From Paraspadella gotoi (Eukaryota; Animalia; Chaetognatha): a stretch of DNA of 64,000 nt. The position numbers and the translations under genes are program-made. Shown one piece after another: positions 1 through 14,439 of this stretch. The stretch spans positions 18,896,631 to 18,960,630 of the forward strand of contig CM119265.1 in the NCBI GenBank assembly GCA_051294375.1, read 5' to 3'. Below the pieces are notes generated by a model. The model had not been told where the DNA came from. It saw only the letters and a list, made by a program, of their open reading frames with translations, and ran no database searches. Each line of letters starts with the position of its first letter. Position 1 is the stretch's first letter.

Positions 1-532
1 GTCTTTATGCAATGATATATATATTTCGATGACGCCAGCTCCGGCCAGGGCAATAAAATTAGAATCGTCAAAAAGAATGAAAAAAAGAAAGAAAGAAAGA
101 AAGAAAGAAAAAAAGAAAAGAAAAGAAGAGAATGAAGGGGCGTGACGCTAAAGGGGAGAGGGGAAATAACCGTCACTTTTTATCTGCGCTGAAATTCATT
201 ATCATAATTCGATTTTTGTATTTTTTTTTCACTTTTTTATGTCTTTTTTAAAATTTCCATTCGACGCCATCGAAGCCGTCGGCCGATTTTGGTCCGCGTC
301 GTCGTCATCGTCGTCGTCGTTTTCGTCGTCTCCCGACTTCGTACCCTAACCCAAACAAAAGTCGAGGCAAAAACATTTTTCTTTGAGGCGCATAGAAAAT
401 GAAATGCGAATTATAACCCTTAAAAAAGCAAATAAAGAAGAGAGAGGCAGAGAGAGAGAGAGTCATAAAGTAGACATATAAATTGCCAAAGGTAAATCCT
501 TTCACAGAATAGGTGCTGGGGCCGAGAGGGAG

Positions 533-535
<3 letters not shown>

Positions 536-623
<88 letters not shown>
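536..623. repeat. (GA)n microsatellite, representative of many (GA)/(CT) tracts (also ~2250-2305, 9500-9580, 10625-10710, 11050-11117, 17000-17075, 22860-22950, 54677-54760, 62899-62965)
   Basis: Directly visible dinucleotide runs; they produce the spurious SLSL/RERE ORFs in the track. Confidence 0.97.
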
Positions 624-624
<1 letters not shown>

Positions 625-1141
625 AATCAGAGCCGATTGTTTTCCCGACGCCAAAATATGTCTGGTGAACTTTGAATTTATGGAAAACAAAAAAAGGGGA
701 GAGGAAGGAGAGTAGAAAAGTGAGGTGTAAAAATGGTAAGAAAGGTTAACACGAAAGCGAAAATTCAAAAAAATCTGTCCAATTTTTACATATTTTTAGT
801 AACTTTTTTGGAAAGCTTTCGTTTGACTTTCGAAAAAGAGATACACCTGCTTTTTGCTTTTGTAATAAAAAAAATATGGTGGCTATAAAATAAAGATTTT
901 TTGTTTGGTTGGGGCATAAGTTAGACAACGTTTTAAGAATTTTTAATACTTAACGAAAAAGATATTTCAATCCGCGTGTGTTCGATGTATTGAATAGTTA
1001 AAAGAATAAACCCCTCTTGACTTCCGTTAACTAAAAGGCTCCGACCCTTTGTTGTAATGCTAATTGCAACCGTTAGGATTTTTCGCGGGTTATGTCGAGC
1101 AATCCGAGCTTAATGATTTAAACGTTTTTAATTAATATTTA

Positions 1142-1215
1142 TATAGGGAAGAAACGGAATCGGGTTTGAAAAAAATAAGTAACGAAAAAAGTACCGTGAA
1201 AAAATCAGTTGTTAA
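1142..1215 (+). repeat. Dispersed repeat, copy 1 (copy 2 at 14366-14439); both next to N gaps
   Basis: TATAGGGAAGAAACGGAATCGGGTTT...AAAAAATCAGTTGTTAA is near-identical at both loci. Confidence 0.85.
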
Positions 1216-2249
1216 CGGGAGTCTGTTCATGGGATCTGAAAAAAAAAAATTNNNNNNNNNNNNNNNNNNNNNNNNNNNNNNNNNNNNNNNNNNNNNNNNN
1301 NNNNNNNNNNNNNNNNNNNNNNNNNNNNNNNNNNNNNNNNNNNNNNNNNNNATGTCCAGACTGGGGTTTAGATGTTTCATTGTAAACCTCAGAACGTTTA
1401 AAAAAGAATAAGAGTCAAAGTTACCGACATATTCGAAAAAGATATATAAAATTGCAAATTACTTGTTTCACTATATATTTGGACAGAGGTATTCGTAACT
1501 CATATTTAACATAATTTAACAAAGAATGAGCTAGATTACTAGATTTCATAGAATGTACTTTTTTACAGATTAAGAACGAAAATTTGTAAAAATGTAAACT
1601 TTGTCCCTCTCGTCATCCTCATGTTAATTTCCCAGAAAATAAGAGTAAATCCGCCCCAAAAATTGGTTTCTCTTTAATGATATTTTGTGTATTAGTTATG
1701 TGTTTTTCGTAGGTTCCTTTACTTGTAAAATTCACATATGTTTCTTTGTTTGTCTTGGCTATTATTTTTGACTAATTCCGTCATTATTTCTTTGTAACGA
1801 TGTTTATTTTTTTTTTTCTATCTCTTCATTCTTTATTTTTTATTTCTTTATTTTTTCATTCTTTTTTCTTTTCTAAACTTTCTTTCCTATACTGTAATTC
1901 TTACATTTTCCCTCATTTCTTTTCACCTTTCCAGATTGACCTCATTCCCCTCATTCTTCCGCTTTCGCCTAATGTAGTTTGGAGAGGTTTTATTGTGTGG
2001 ATCATCTTTGTTGCGTTATTATGTATTCGTCGTCGTCGTCGATCCGATCCGCGCCGGTGCGCACGATGTCGTACTCGTCGTTGTCGTTGTCGTCGGCGGC
2101 TCCCCTTTATCTCTTTTTTTTTGCGGTGGGTAAGGAAGACCCTCGCCCGCTCTTGGTAGGGTAACGCGGGCGAGTGAGGAAAAAAGAGGGCGGGACGGAA
2201 ACGCCGACCTCCCATCCAGTTCCACTGGTCATCTTGCTTGCCCAAGGCA

Positions 2250-2301
<52 letters not shown>

Positions 2302-5300
2302 CTCTTCAAGATATCTATGATAACTACGAAAGACAAACATAATGACGACGATGATGATTTTATCAGGAAAGACAAGGACGATACGGACCTAAAAGTGTCA
2401 CAATACTCCGATGCTGTCAGTACCATATCATATGACATGTGACTTTCATTTTTTTTTGGGGGGGGGCTGATTATAATTGGCAGCAATTCATCATTGCTTC
2501 CTTTAAACTCCTTCTTGTCACGAACAAAAAAAACTCGAATTTTATTTTTAATTTTTCTCTCTCTTTTTTCCGAAATGTTAATCTTAATGTTTCTCTCGCG
2601 AATTTAAGACGAGTCGTGACAATTTTGAAAGGAGTCCAGCCCACCCTGCCTAAAAAAATGGCAGCCGCCTACGGAAGGAACTTTCTCCCCCCCCCCGCCC
2701 CCAGACCCCTTTAAAAAAGGAGAAATAAATAAAGAAACAAAACGAAAAGAAATTCGATTCGGAAGAGAAAGAACAAAAAAGAAGAAATCGATGAACAAAA
2801 GGGAATCGTCGATGTCGTCGTCTTCGTCGTCGTCGTCCACTTTTAGAAATGCAGAGAAAAAATCGGAACCCACTCATTCGTGTCAGGGATGAAAGGAGCG
2901 AAGAGAGCGAGAGAGCGAGAGAGCGAATCTATGGTGAAATAGTCGAATGAAAGTATCCATGTCTCGAGTGAATGGGAGGCGGCCGTGAAACCCAGATTTT
3001 CTCGTTTCTTTCTTGGACGATTTTTTTAAAAAAAAGTGGAAAAGAGAAATGTGTTGGAATTTCATAAAAAAGGGAATACCAATTGTCGTAGCTCACGCCG
3101 AGGGTGTTTTGGGTGGAGAAAAAAAAATGGCGTATCGTTTATTTCTGAATGACTCATCTTACTTAACGATTACATCATTCGTAGGACAGAAAACTCGTTT
3201 TAAATTAACAAACCTTTTTTAAAAAAATTCACTTTTTTTTCATCTCTTGTATTCTCTATTACATCAGAGGAGAGTCTTGATTGAAAGCTTAAGAAACCTG
3301 CTATGTGTATTATCTTGTAAGTGTGATGGAGGCCTTAAACACCAAAGCCTGTCCAAAGTCAGGGACAGATAGCTTATTTATTAAATGAATGGATAATTTT
3401 TATATTGGTTGTACCAATTTCATAAATTAGATCCCGACTAAATTGGATTAATTTTGTTCTCGCATTAAAAAATCCGCCGATCGCGATCCCGATTCAAAAC
3501 TCATTCATAACAAATTTCAAGAGAGGATTCGTCCGCTACAAAAACTTCGCCTCCCGAAATCCCGAAAATCCGATTTCAGTGACTCCGAGGACAATTCACG
3601 CTCTTTATGTTTGTTATTGGTTTTGATTTTCGAAATAAAAACTTTTTAAAAAGATTTAAATTCCTGATTATATTATTTTATTATTACCAATATCGATATA
3701 TCTATGGAAATAGTAATTAATTAGTATCGATCAGATGGATTAATTACTCGTTTGAAACTCGTTCAAAATCCGTACCCTTGGTAACCGCTACATCAATATT
3801 TTATTCAAACCTGAGCTCGTGAAAAAGAATTCGTTCTACTTAGCCGTATAAATTTATGTCTCAAAAGTTAAACCCCCTTCAAAGCGACCTTTTAACTTTT
3901 AAGCGGATCTTTCGCGTCGTGGTACATCGTCGTTAAAGCTTATCGACGCCGAGTTATTAAAGCGTTTTTCTTCGCAAATCAATCAATTAATTTATGAATC
4001 AATCGGTCAATAATCAATTTTAAAATCTCCTGCTTGTTCCGCTTTGTCATCAACGCTCACGATACAGAAACGTCACTCTCACCTTGGTCACACCGAGAAG
4101 CCACTCGCCCAGGTAAACCTACTATCAGTAATCACTCACAAGCCCTGCCCTTATTATATCGCTCACTTAACGCCTCATTCTATAAATTAGCCTACTTTGC
4201 GACGATTCATCATTTCTACACTTCCTTTCACCTTCTGCCCCCCTCCCCCCTTCTCGCCTCCTTCTTCTTCCATGCTTCATCCTTTTCTTTTTTCCTTTCT
4301 TTATTCCCTTTCCTCTTCCTCTTTCCCTTTTCCTCCTTCTCCCAATCCGACTACCTTTACTTTAGTCTTTATCATTTCCTCCTCCCACCTTCCCCCTTTC
4401 CCCTTTCCCCCTTTCCCCCCTTCCTCCCCCCCAAACCCTCCTCCTTCCCTCCCAGCTTCGCCACTCATCAATTCTGTCGAGGATCGAAACAAAAAAAAAA
4501 AAAAATTCCTCGAATTTCCCGTAAAATCTTCACCTCAAAAGTCTCGTCAGCGAATCGGAACATAAAAAAAAACATAAAAAAGAAGAAAAAAAATCATTTA
4601 GTTTTCTCGTTTTGTTTCGCCTTTTAAAAATGAGTGGTTTTTGTTTTCGCTCTCGGGCGATTTTTTTTTTTAGTTTCGAACCATCAATCGATACATGGGA
4701 TTTTTGGGGAGATGACTCTTTTATCTGTTGGAGAAAAGTCGGAGCCGAGGCAAAATTGATTTGTAAAACCAAAAGAGTTCGGTTTTAAAAAAATGATTAT
4801 CTATTATCCTAACGATATATTCGCCCGATATGGTTTCGTGAGGAATATAATAACCAACTAAAGAAAGCAATTCCTGGTACTATCAAATATCTTGGTGTCA
4901 CGACTCGACGTGTTGGTCAGCAACATCAAGAGAGAACCTCATCATCGCATCCACTCCTGGAAGGTCGACCTCTTCGCCGACGCCTCTCAGCGAGATCTTT
5001 GAAGTCGAAAAAAAAAACGTGGAGGGGGGCACTTCAGGTTGAAGGTGGTTGTGGATGAGTTGGAGTGAGTAGAGTGTCGAAGGTGGTGGTTGGGCGGCAG
5101 AAGAAAAGGCAAATCGATTCTTATTGTCCGTCGATGGAGTTTATTTTTCTTAAAAGTAAGTTAAGGCTTCGGTTTTCGCTGTATGGAACACGTAATCTTT
5201 GCAAGTTGTTTTAGTAGATAGTATAATGTCAATCGCCGTAATGTACAAAAGTGAATTACTAAATGGGTTTAAAAACTGAGACTTAAGACAATCATTAAAA

Positions 5301-6934
5301 GTTACTTTAAAATCAAAACCCTGTTATTATAAACCGAAAAAGACAAAAAATTATTATCATCCCTCTTTTCACAACACTCAACATAGATGGGAGCGCAACA
5401 ACTTGTTTTATTTTGGTTTAAATCAATTATCAAAGTCAGTCGCGGCGTTTTAGTCTTTAGAGTTTCGATACAGATCGCTTTGGCGGCTCGAAACTCATCG
5501 AACGAGGGAGAAGATAATTTTCGAAAGGGGAGGTGATCAAAGTCCCTTCGTCGTTGGAGGTGATTTATAGCGAACGCGGGTGATATTTTATTCGGGCGGC
5601 GAAGGAGAAGATATTTTTAGTCAAGCGAGGAATCGGAGATGATGATGACATTTCCCCCCCCCCTTCCATATCCCCGCCCACACTCCCCTTCCCCCCCCCC
5701 GACGAAATGACATCTGGAAACGAAGAGATTGGAGGGGGTGAAACTGGTTGTGAAGGTGAAGGTTTTGGGGAGTGCGATGGTCCAGGTGAAGGACGCAGTG
5801 ACGGGTGATATTTTCGGATTCGAATTTTTTTTAATTTTTTTATTAGAGTGACGGTTGACCCTTCGAATCGGCCGACGGATTCGCTAGGGGCTTCAATCGA
5901 CAAACGAATTCGGTTGCGTTTGCGTTGCGGGCGACGACGTGGAGGACGACGACGAAGACGGTCAGCCGATAATATTCAACCGGATTTTGTCGCGGCGAAT
6001 CTCCTTGGCAACGAATCATTCGGCAGCGCCCAGTCCGGACCGCGAAAGGTTTCCAGGGGATAACGGAAGTTTGCCTCTTTCAAATGTGCTTTAACAGGCT
6101 TACAAGAATGTGGAATTCACTTTACTTAAAGAGAAAAAAATAAATTTTTCAATTGACCTTAACATCGAAATCTATATATAAAGTATTAGATCGGGGATAC
6201 TTTATAGTCTATAGTATATGTATTTATATTGTAATATATACAATATAGTCTATATGGTACTCCACAGTAGCATAAAAATACTAAACCGACTGTATATTGT
6301 ATTATATTTTATACACTATACGAAAAATCAGCCGCTTTACGCAACTCCCTGTTTAAAATGATCGTCACTCTTTGCAACAACGAGAGGGTCAAACTAAGAT
6401 CGAACGGCCGCGGCCCTCCATCGGGATCCATCGTATGCCGAGATCAAATTTCGCCGCCGACGAGAAATTACAAAAAAAAAAAAAAATTGAAAAGATAGGT
6501 TATTTTCTTCGGTATGAAAATACTGAAGTGTTAGCGAAAGTAAAACAGAAAAATTAGGAAATGTCTAGCTTTTTTTGATTTTTTTCATAGGAGGGACGGT
6601 TAAAAAATAATTAACCATTTGAATATAACATTGAATATGCCGTCACATATTTGAACTAATAATATGTAGGTTAAAGGATCAGTGTATCTCAACGCAGCCA
6701 AAAACCGCGCATTGATAATAATAATTTAACCTTGCTTCAATGACACAACTCGTAAAGCAGCGTTTACGATCAAAAATTCTCGGTTATCACGATTACGCTT
6801 TTTTACGACTCAAGTTTAGCCGTTTTCGATGTTCATTATTTACGCGACAAAATTACTCAAAGTAATGCGCCCTCAAGTGGCTCTCAGCGCCGAGATAAAA
6901 CACTACTTTGCATTTCCGTTGTTTATTACCGCGG

Positions 6935-6966
<32 letters not shown>

Positions 6967-9517
6967 AAGAAAGTCAAATCCTTCGTCCCGCAAGTCAAGT
7001 GTTTCGATGGCGAAGAAGTGGAGTGGTTGTCACACCTCGACGACCGTGTCGAGACTGACGACGACGAAATTTCGAGCGGATCGTGAAACTAGTGACCCGA
7101 AAGGTAAGAGAAAGAACCAGTGTCCAGTGTCCACTCGAGAAACGCCAGAGAAATGTCTCGAGAAATGTCACGGGCCGCTCTCACTCGGCGGCGATCGGGA
7201 TCGACTTCCGCGAATTTACGGCCGAATCTCATTACCATAAACGATCGGTGCGTGTGGCGAGAGCTTTTCGTAGCCGAGGGTCCCGGTCCCTTGGCCGGAG
7301 GTCCCAGGGTCCGGTTCGAGTTCCAGGCCTCTCATCCGACTCGTTTCTTTCCTCGTTGGTTTTTCATTTATGAGTCATGATTTCATTGTGCGGTCTCGCT
7401 TGTTGTCGTATAAATCAAGTATGGTTCAATGAGTTTATATTAATTATAATAAGCAAGGTTAGTAAATATTTTGTCCCCTTTTTTCGCTCTTAAGATCTAC
7501 TTTCTTTTCCTTACCCGTTTCCACACCCAATTGAAAAAGCCATAACGAGGAAACGAGAATAACGAGAATAACAATAACATAAAGTCAAAAACCACTGTGA
7601 GGCCACAAAAATCCACAGTGACCTTCTCATTATTCATCTCTATCTCGTCTCGTTTTTGTGTCAAAACAATTTTAACGTCGTCGACGTCGTAATTTCACGT
7701 AATCGTCGTCGTTATCGCGTCGTCGTCTGCATCACACGATGACAGTCCGGAGCCGTCGATGGCCCGCCGACCCGTTGGCGTGGGCTGTCAGCAACAGTCG
7801 GCAATCAAAAGTGAAGTTTGACAAAAACGCGGAGGCCGTTTCGACTTCCGAATTTCGCGTGGAATTCGAGACAAGTCCCGTTTTAGTTTATGAGAAAAAA
7901 TAAAGGCTATATTGGCTGCGTTAGTTACTAAAATCCCAGTGTAAAAAAGAATGAGAAAAAAAAGTAACAAAAACAATTGATAGTTTGAAGTATACTATTA
8001 TATATATATTATATATACTATTAAGTATTCAACGTGAAAACAGTTGAAATCAACTTGACTATCCTAGAACGGACATTAGTAGTGTGTACTTGGTGACATG
8101 ATTAAATACCTTCATCATGTCATAATATCACAGCATTATATCGAAACTATGCATGTGAGATTTTTACCGGTAATGTGATGAAAAAAAAGATCGTTATCAG
8201 AAGTTAACCGTAAAAAAGCAAAAGCGGTCTTGAAGTGACGGAATCATTCGCGTGGCCTTTGCGACTGGGTTTCGACGTGTGGAGGCGACCGCGTCGCCAA
8301 TTTGCGAGATCCACGTCAATCAAAGTCGTTCAACTCGACCCACTGACCTCGGAGAGAGCAGTTCGCTGCAGCTGCCGCCTCAGCCGCCGCCTCAGCGCCA
8401 CCACCCCGCGCGCGCCCGTGTCCACCACGGGTCAGTCGTACGCCACATTAAATGCATGGACGAATGAGACGATGAATAAAAAAAAAAAAATCAACAACGA
8501 CAACAACAATAATTATCGAGATCGAGCTTACGTCTCTCTCATTAATCCCGACATACCGTCCATCCGTCTGTCCGTCCGCCGTCCAACTTCCGCTCGAACT
8601 TTTAAACTCGAAATTTTCCCCATCGATTTTTGAGATTCGTCAAGATTTCACGAAAATTCCCAACCGTGACCGAGTTTTGAAATGGCTCATGGTAGAGCGA
8701 AGGGGACGACGAGACAACAACAACAACAACAACGATGATGGCCAACGCCATTGTGCTGCATCATCCGAAAATATTTAGAGTTGGTTTTTAACGGTTATGA
8801 TACCGAAAATTTTGTCACCGTAAGCAATGCTAATCGTAATCATTCATAGAAAAGGTTGTTATTTTATGTCTATATACATAAAAACCTTAAGAATATCTTA
8901 ATTACACAGGAAATTCAGCTTTGTAAAGGTCTGATTGCAAACGACTTCACAAAGATATCGTCGGCTTAAATTGGAGTTTGAATATAAAGCTGCGACGATT
9001 AACTTACATCGGATAAAAACGTTGCATCGATCGAATATAATCCAAAAATCGAAAACAGAGAGAATCGTTTGGCCTTTTGTTTCGATTATCTTCTTTGTTT
9101 TTATTTTGTAATTCGAGATTTGTTTATATCTGGAGACTGACGACCGTGGTGTGTGTGAGAGAGAGAGGAGAGATCCATGATTTTTAGGAGCATTTGCCAG
9201 TTTTTTATTCGTTGTATCGGGTTCCTATTGACTTCGGCTTCTCGTTTTGTTCTCTCTTTACTTACTTTTTCGTAAATCGACAGTTTCGAGTTGTACACCT
9301 CAATTCACCAGCAAACATGGCCGGAGATGCGCCGCGAATTAAGATCAATTTGGCGGCGAATTATCCACGATTTCTCGTCCATCATTCGCGAATTCTTCAC
9401 GTGATACACAATTGATTTTCCGGACTTTATCTCTCATCATCGAATTAAAAAAAAGCCTCCGCCCAAAATTTCAACTTAACTTTTGCTTTATTTTTCTTGT
9501 GTCTCTCTTCTCTCTCC

Positions 9518-9575
<58 letters not shown>

Positions 9576-10467
9576 CTCTTTTCACTCACACACACCCTCT
9601 CATCCAACTCTCGTGAGATAAATCACGTTCTCAACTGAATCTTAACGTGAATAGATTTTTTGGAAAAGTTTCGTCATAAATCAGACTGTCATTTGGCATC
9701 CGTTAAAAAAAAGTAAACCATTTAGTTATCGCAATTTATAAAAACGTTATCGATAATCGTTGATATTTCATCGTGTCTCCTAAGGCTATTCCATCAGGAG
9801 AAAGAATAAGTATTTTTCATCAGTATCAAATTTATCTTAAACAGAAAAAAATGTTCCCGAACGAAACAAATGTTAAAATTGAGATAGCTCATCATTCTAG
9901 TTCAAAGATTTTCCAACCCATTCTATGTCGCGAAACGCTATCTGTGTCCGGCCCGCGTCATCTCTGTCGCAAACCAACGCCACTCTGCTTCCGACTTGAG
10001 AGATGGAGCTTAGGCCTTCGATGTTAGGTCATCGTTCATACAATTTTTTTTCAAATCGGGTCCCGATGGCAAGGATAAAGGTTTCCTCGACTCGGAGACC
10101 ATTGCTACTAAATCCTCATTCCTCGTGATTCACTGAATTTTCATATTAGTTTTATTACATTAGATAGTATTAGATAGAATTAGATAGTACAAATTAATAT
10201 ATAAAGGATTCTTTTCCTTGTAAGAGTTTTAATTACCTTTCGCATTACTACTATTTCCCTCATTCTTCTCTTCTATTTTTTTTAATTCCCAGAAAATTTT
10301 AATTCTAATGGCAAATCTTAAAAACATTTATATATTCTTTTCTATTCCATTTCTACTTACTTTTTTTTTTTTTTTTATTCTCTTCCTGCAACGAACAACC
10401 GATAACCACGGAGCCGTTTTGCAACCTGCAACAGATCTGTCGAACAACCAAGTAAACCGGCGTCTCT

Positions 10468-10498
<31 letters not shown>

Positions 10499-10647
10499 TC
10501 CACGGCGGTGGGGAAGGGTGAGTCCGAGTCTCTCAGGCTAATGTGTTGCGCCAACGGCTAACATCAATGTACATCAATGTCGAAAACGATCGAGAGGAGC
10601 GAACTGGCCGCTTCCGACGAAGAGTGAGAGAGAGAGAGAGAGAGGAG

Positions 10648-10713
<66 letters not shown>

Positions 10714-11072
10714 TCAAATCACCGAGAGCGGTTAACCTAATGTCGATCTTAAATTTAACCAATCGTAAAGAATTGGATAGTTACGTTTTTATTAAATATT
10801 TGTGATGAAAGGGAGCCGATATCTAATGATTTAAACTTTTCCATAAAGATTTTTAAAAATTAAAACTTCAGTATGCCTGTCAATTATTTTCCATTCAAAA
10901 GATTTTATTACTTGATTCCAGATCGGTTTGCAATGCAATCAACTAATTCCGAAAATTTTTATCTAATTGTTTTAATACAGAACTAGTATACGTACATACT
11001 GATCTTTTTATATTTATTTCTAAAATGTTATTTACTCCAGTCGATCTATCTCTCTCTCTCTCTCTTTCTCTT

Positions 11073-11120
<48 letters not shown>

Positions 11121-11494
11121 TTTATTGATTTCCCTTCAAATTTTTTCTACTTTTTCAAAATTTCGCTAAATAAATTTCAACAAAGTCGACGTCACATTTT
11201 TATTTTTTTGGAATTTACGTGTAACCCAAGTTAAAAATTTCTGTGAGCCTAGTACGTATTTTACAATTGTTTTTTATCAAATGTGTCATAGTAGGTTAAA
11301 GATTAGACAAAAAGAAATAGTTTGATAACTATTTTTTCATTTTTAAAAAAAATTTATTTAATTATATTACTATTTTTATAGCTGGATTAAAAAAAAGATA
11401 AAAAGGTTCTAAAATTAGATAGAGGTTTTTATAAGATTTTAACTAATAGTTTTTCTTTTCTAAAAAATGTTAAGAATTTTTTATTCCTCCAAAG

Positions 11495-11914
11495 GAAGCT
11501 CTTCCTAAAATCTTACACCGTCACTGACACCGACGCTGCAGGGATGCAGGGCGACTCCATGTCCTTCACAAACCGATCTTTCGAGATGCTTGGAACCTCG
11601 ACCGCCAACTCGAGGTCGGGAGACTTTTCCTCAATCGACGAAACCATTGATGTCTGCAGAGAAGCAGCCCTGCGCAGCTCCGTAGATCCCGTCTCTCCCT
11701 ATGTGAGACTGGATAAATGAATTGGTTTGGGAGAGTTTGATACAACCTTTATATTGTGTTTGTTAGTAAGTATATTTCTCGTATTTCCCCAACTAGGGCC
11801 GCAACCGCAAGCGTATCTTCGCAGTAGGTGCGGTGGGCATAGTTGTCCTCGGCGTTGTCGCCGCCGCAGTCACTTGGTTCGTTCAGAAGCCGACACAATC
11901 TTTTACCGCAGAAA
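11495..11914 (+). CDS. Two putative exons (11495-11702, 11797-11914) encoding a cytosolic segment plus a transmembrane helix; possibly the 5' end of the LRR gene
   Basis: AG/GT boundaries join in phase 0: ...MQGDSMSFTNRSFEML...PVSPY|GRNRKRIFAVGAVGIVVLGVVAAAVTWFVQKP...; strong GTGAGT donor at 11915. Confidence 0.55.
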
Positions 11915-11934
11915 GTGAGTCAAATGTTGTCCAC

Positions 11935-12537
11935 TAAGGCGTAGTAAAATTTCTAAATTTAACTTTAATTAAAATTCTAAAAGTGAGGAACGAACAATAT
12001 TATACTAATGAATATTTATGTAATAAAAATTTTTTTAATAAATTTTTAATAATATTTATACTAGAACTAAACCGATAAATGTTAAAATTTCAAAACAGTT
12101 TTTTCTAAGATTTTTTTGCAGATTTTGGATTCGTCATAAAAAGTTGATAAAAGAAAATATATTTTAAATTAAAAATCCTTCATTAAGTTGGTCAAAAAAT
12201 TTAGAAAAAGCTATATTATAAGCTAGAAATTAACTTTTTTATATTATTAATATAGTTTTTTTAATTTTTACCCATTTATATGAAAGAATTTTTAAAATTA
12301 TTTATAATTTTCTTTATCAACTTTTGACGAAGAATTCAAATCTGCAATCAAATAAAGAAAAGCCTATTTTGAAATTTTTTCGATTTTATTAAGGATAGTA
12401 CTATATATATAAATATAGCCTACTGCGATTGAAATTAAAAACTCATAAAATTAATTTTTTTTACAATTAATGTTCATGATGGTATGTTGTTCATTATTAA
12501 CTCTTTAGAATTTTCGTATGTAACTTTCACTACGCTA
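11935..12537. mobile_element. Foldback MITE, probably hAT-like non-autonomous DNA transposon
   Basis: Long degenerate inverted repeats (TAAGGCGTAGT...ACTACGCTA, with internal matching blocks) flanked by the 8-bp direct repeat TTGTCCAC at 11927-11934 and 12538-12545. Confidence 0.75.
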
Positions 12538-14365
12538 TTGTCCACAATGGACATTGGTACAGCTATTCACCTTATGTGGAATTTGTTTTGCCTCTCTGAA
12601 GTGACTGTTATGATGATCAGCTCAGCCACTACTTCAAAGAATCGTGGAGGTGACTGAGTGTCGCGATTTTGTCGGGGTAGTGTACTGAGTGCATCACCGA
12701 AGTAGCGAGACAGGGTTAAACGAAAAGGACCGAGAGAAACTCCCCAGGGTTTGGTGAAGAAAAGAAGAAAAGAACTTGATAATTCAAATATGATATAAAA
12801 TTGTTTCCTTTCACTAACTCGAATCTATTCACATTTTTTTTCACAGACACAATACGCTTAACCGAACCGTTGTATATTTGATTCAAAGATTTAAACTCGT
12901 TGGAAAACAAACTAAAACATATTGAAGAAGACGATACGCAGATGAAGCTGGCGATACGAGAAATCGCGTAATTAAAGATTCATTTTTACCTTTTTAGTTA
13001 TTTTTTTAATGTTAGACTGTTCTTTGTTTCTCGCCACAGAATCGCGCTTCGATTCGCTTCAATCAAACTTCGCTCCTCCTCCGTCTCAGTCGCTGAGTCT
13101 TCAACGACGGCGCAGTTTGCGACTTCAACGCACGAGCAAGTGGAGTCGCGGGACGACTAGTTGGAGGCTTTTAGTCGTGCAGGCAGCGCCAACCGCCAAA
13201 CACAGCTGCGCGATGGCTGTGGGCGAATGAAATTTGCAGCGAACTGTGGCCGTCGACGAAGGGACGCGGACGCGCGCGGCGACGGACTGCGAGGAGGACG
13301 AAGCGCAACTGAATTCTGCTGGCGGAGAGTTGAGGGGGAAGTCGCCGAGTTGAAGATAAAATGGAACGAGAGGGAAAAAATCTATTTCGATCGACGATGG
13401 GTTAGAGGAAAAACAGTTTTAAATTTAAGAATTCAATATAGGAACAATCCCTAAAATTAAATTGAGAAGATAAAAATTGAAGTTTAAAGGACAAATACAC
13501 AGCGACGCAAAAAAATAGTATGCCACTAGTTAGTTTTAAAGATACCAAACACTATTTCCTTTTTAATTTTAAAAAAATATCATGAAAGTTTATAGTTCTC
13601 TTTTAATAGAGTATCGTTTTGGTGCAAAGAAGAAAATTTGAATTGGTTCAGGCAGTAGAATATACATAACAAGTCTTTAAAGTCGGAATCTCAAAACGGA
13701 ATTGGGAAAAAATTATTTCCAAAGGTTAGAATTGATGACACTTCTTTCTTTTATAATATAGAATTGAAAAAACCATAATGGAGTTAAACATATAAAAGGG
13801 TTGGCAATAAAATTGCTATACTTTTCTATAAAAATATTTTTTTAATTATAGCCAAATATAGCATTTTAATAATAAATACTAAAAAAAATAATTTTATGAA
13901 AAAAATAAAAAGATTTAGTTCTAATATAATTGTCAGAGTTTAACATGAGATGCTTTAACATTAGATGCCATAAAAAACTTAGATGTGAAAAAGCTTTGAA
14001 AATAACATTAAGTTATCATTCAACTATTTTTTTTTATTTTTAAAAAATTGTTTTTCAATATAGTTTCCCTATTTATTTTAATTTGATTTAGGTTAAAAAT
14101 TGTTAATACCTATCCCTACAGATATTTGATGCTGAATTTTTTCAGCCAATTTAATATTATTAATATTTTGTAAAAGGGAAAAGTTATAAACTTTTCTTGA
14201 CTAAATTTAATTCTTCTTGTACCATTCAACTTTGATGTCCTATAACTTTCGAACGCTTTGCTAGANNNNNNNNNNNNNNNNNNNNNNNNNNNNNNNNNNN
14301 NNNNNNNNNNNNNNNNNNNNNNNNNNNNNNNNNNNNNNNNNNNNNNNNNNNNNNNNNNNNNNNNN

Positions 14366-14439
14366 TATAGGGAAGAAACGGAATCGGGTTTAAAAAAATT
14401 AAGTAACGAAAAAAGTACCCTGAAAAAATCAGTTGTTAA
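14366..14439 (+). repeat. Dispersed repeat, copy 2 (copy 1 at 1142-1215)
   Basis: Near-identical to 1142-1215; begins immediately after an N gap. Confidence 0.85.

Noticed and set aside
1936-2442. Possible terminal exons of a membrane-protein gene (hydrophobic stretch plus RRRRR; short acidic ORF ending ISYDM*)
   Set aside because: No recognisable domain, no convincing donor linking the pieces, and much of the signal comes from (GTC)n and (CT)n repeats.
4225-4455. Long polypyrimidine tract with triplex/G-quadruplex potential
   Set aside because: Such tracts are common throughout this window and nothing ties this one to a function.
305-11234. Numerous short ORFs in the track
   Set aside because: Low-complexity translations of microsatellites and homopolymer tracts with no protein motifs.
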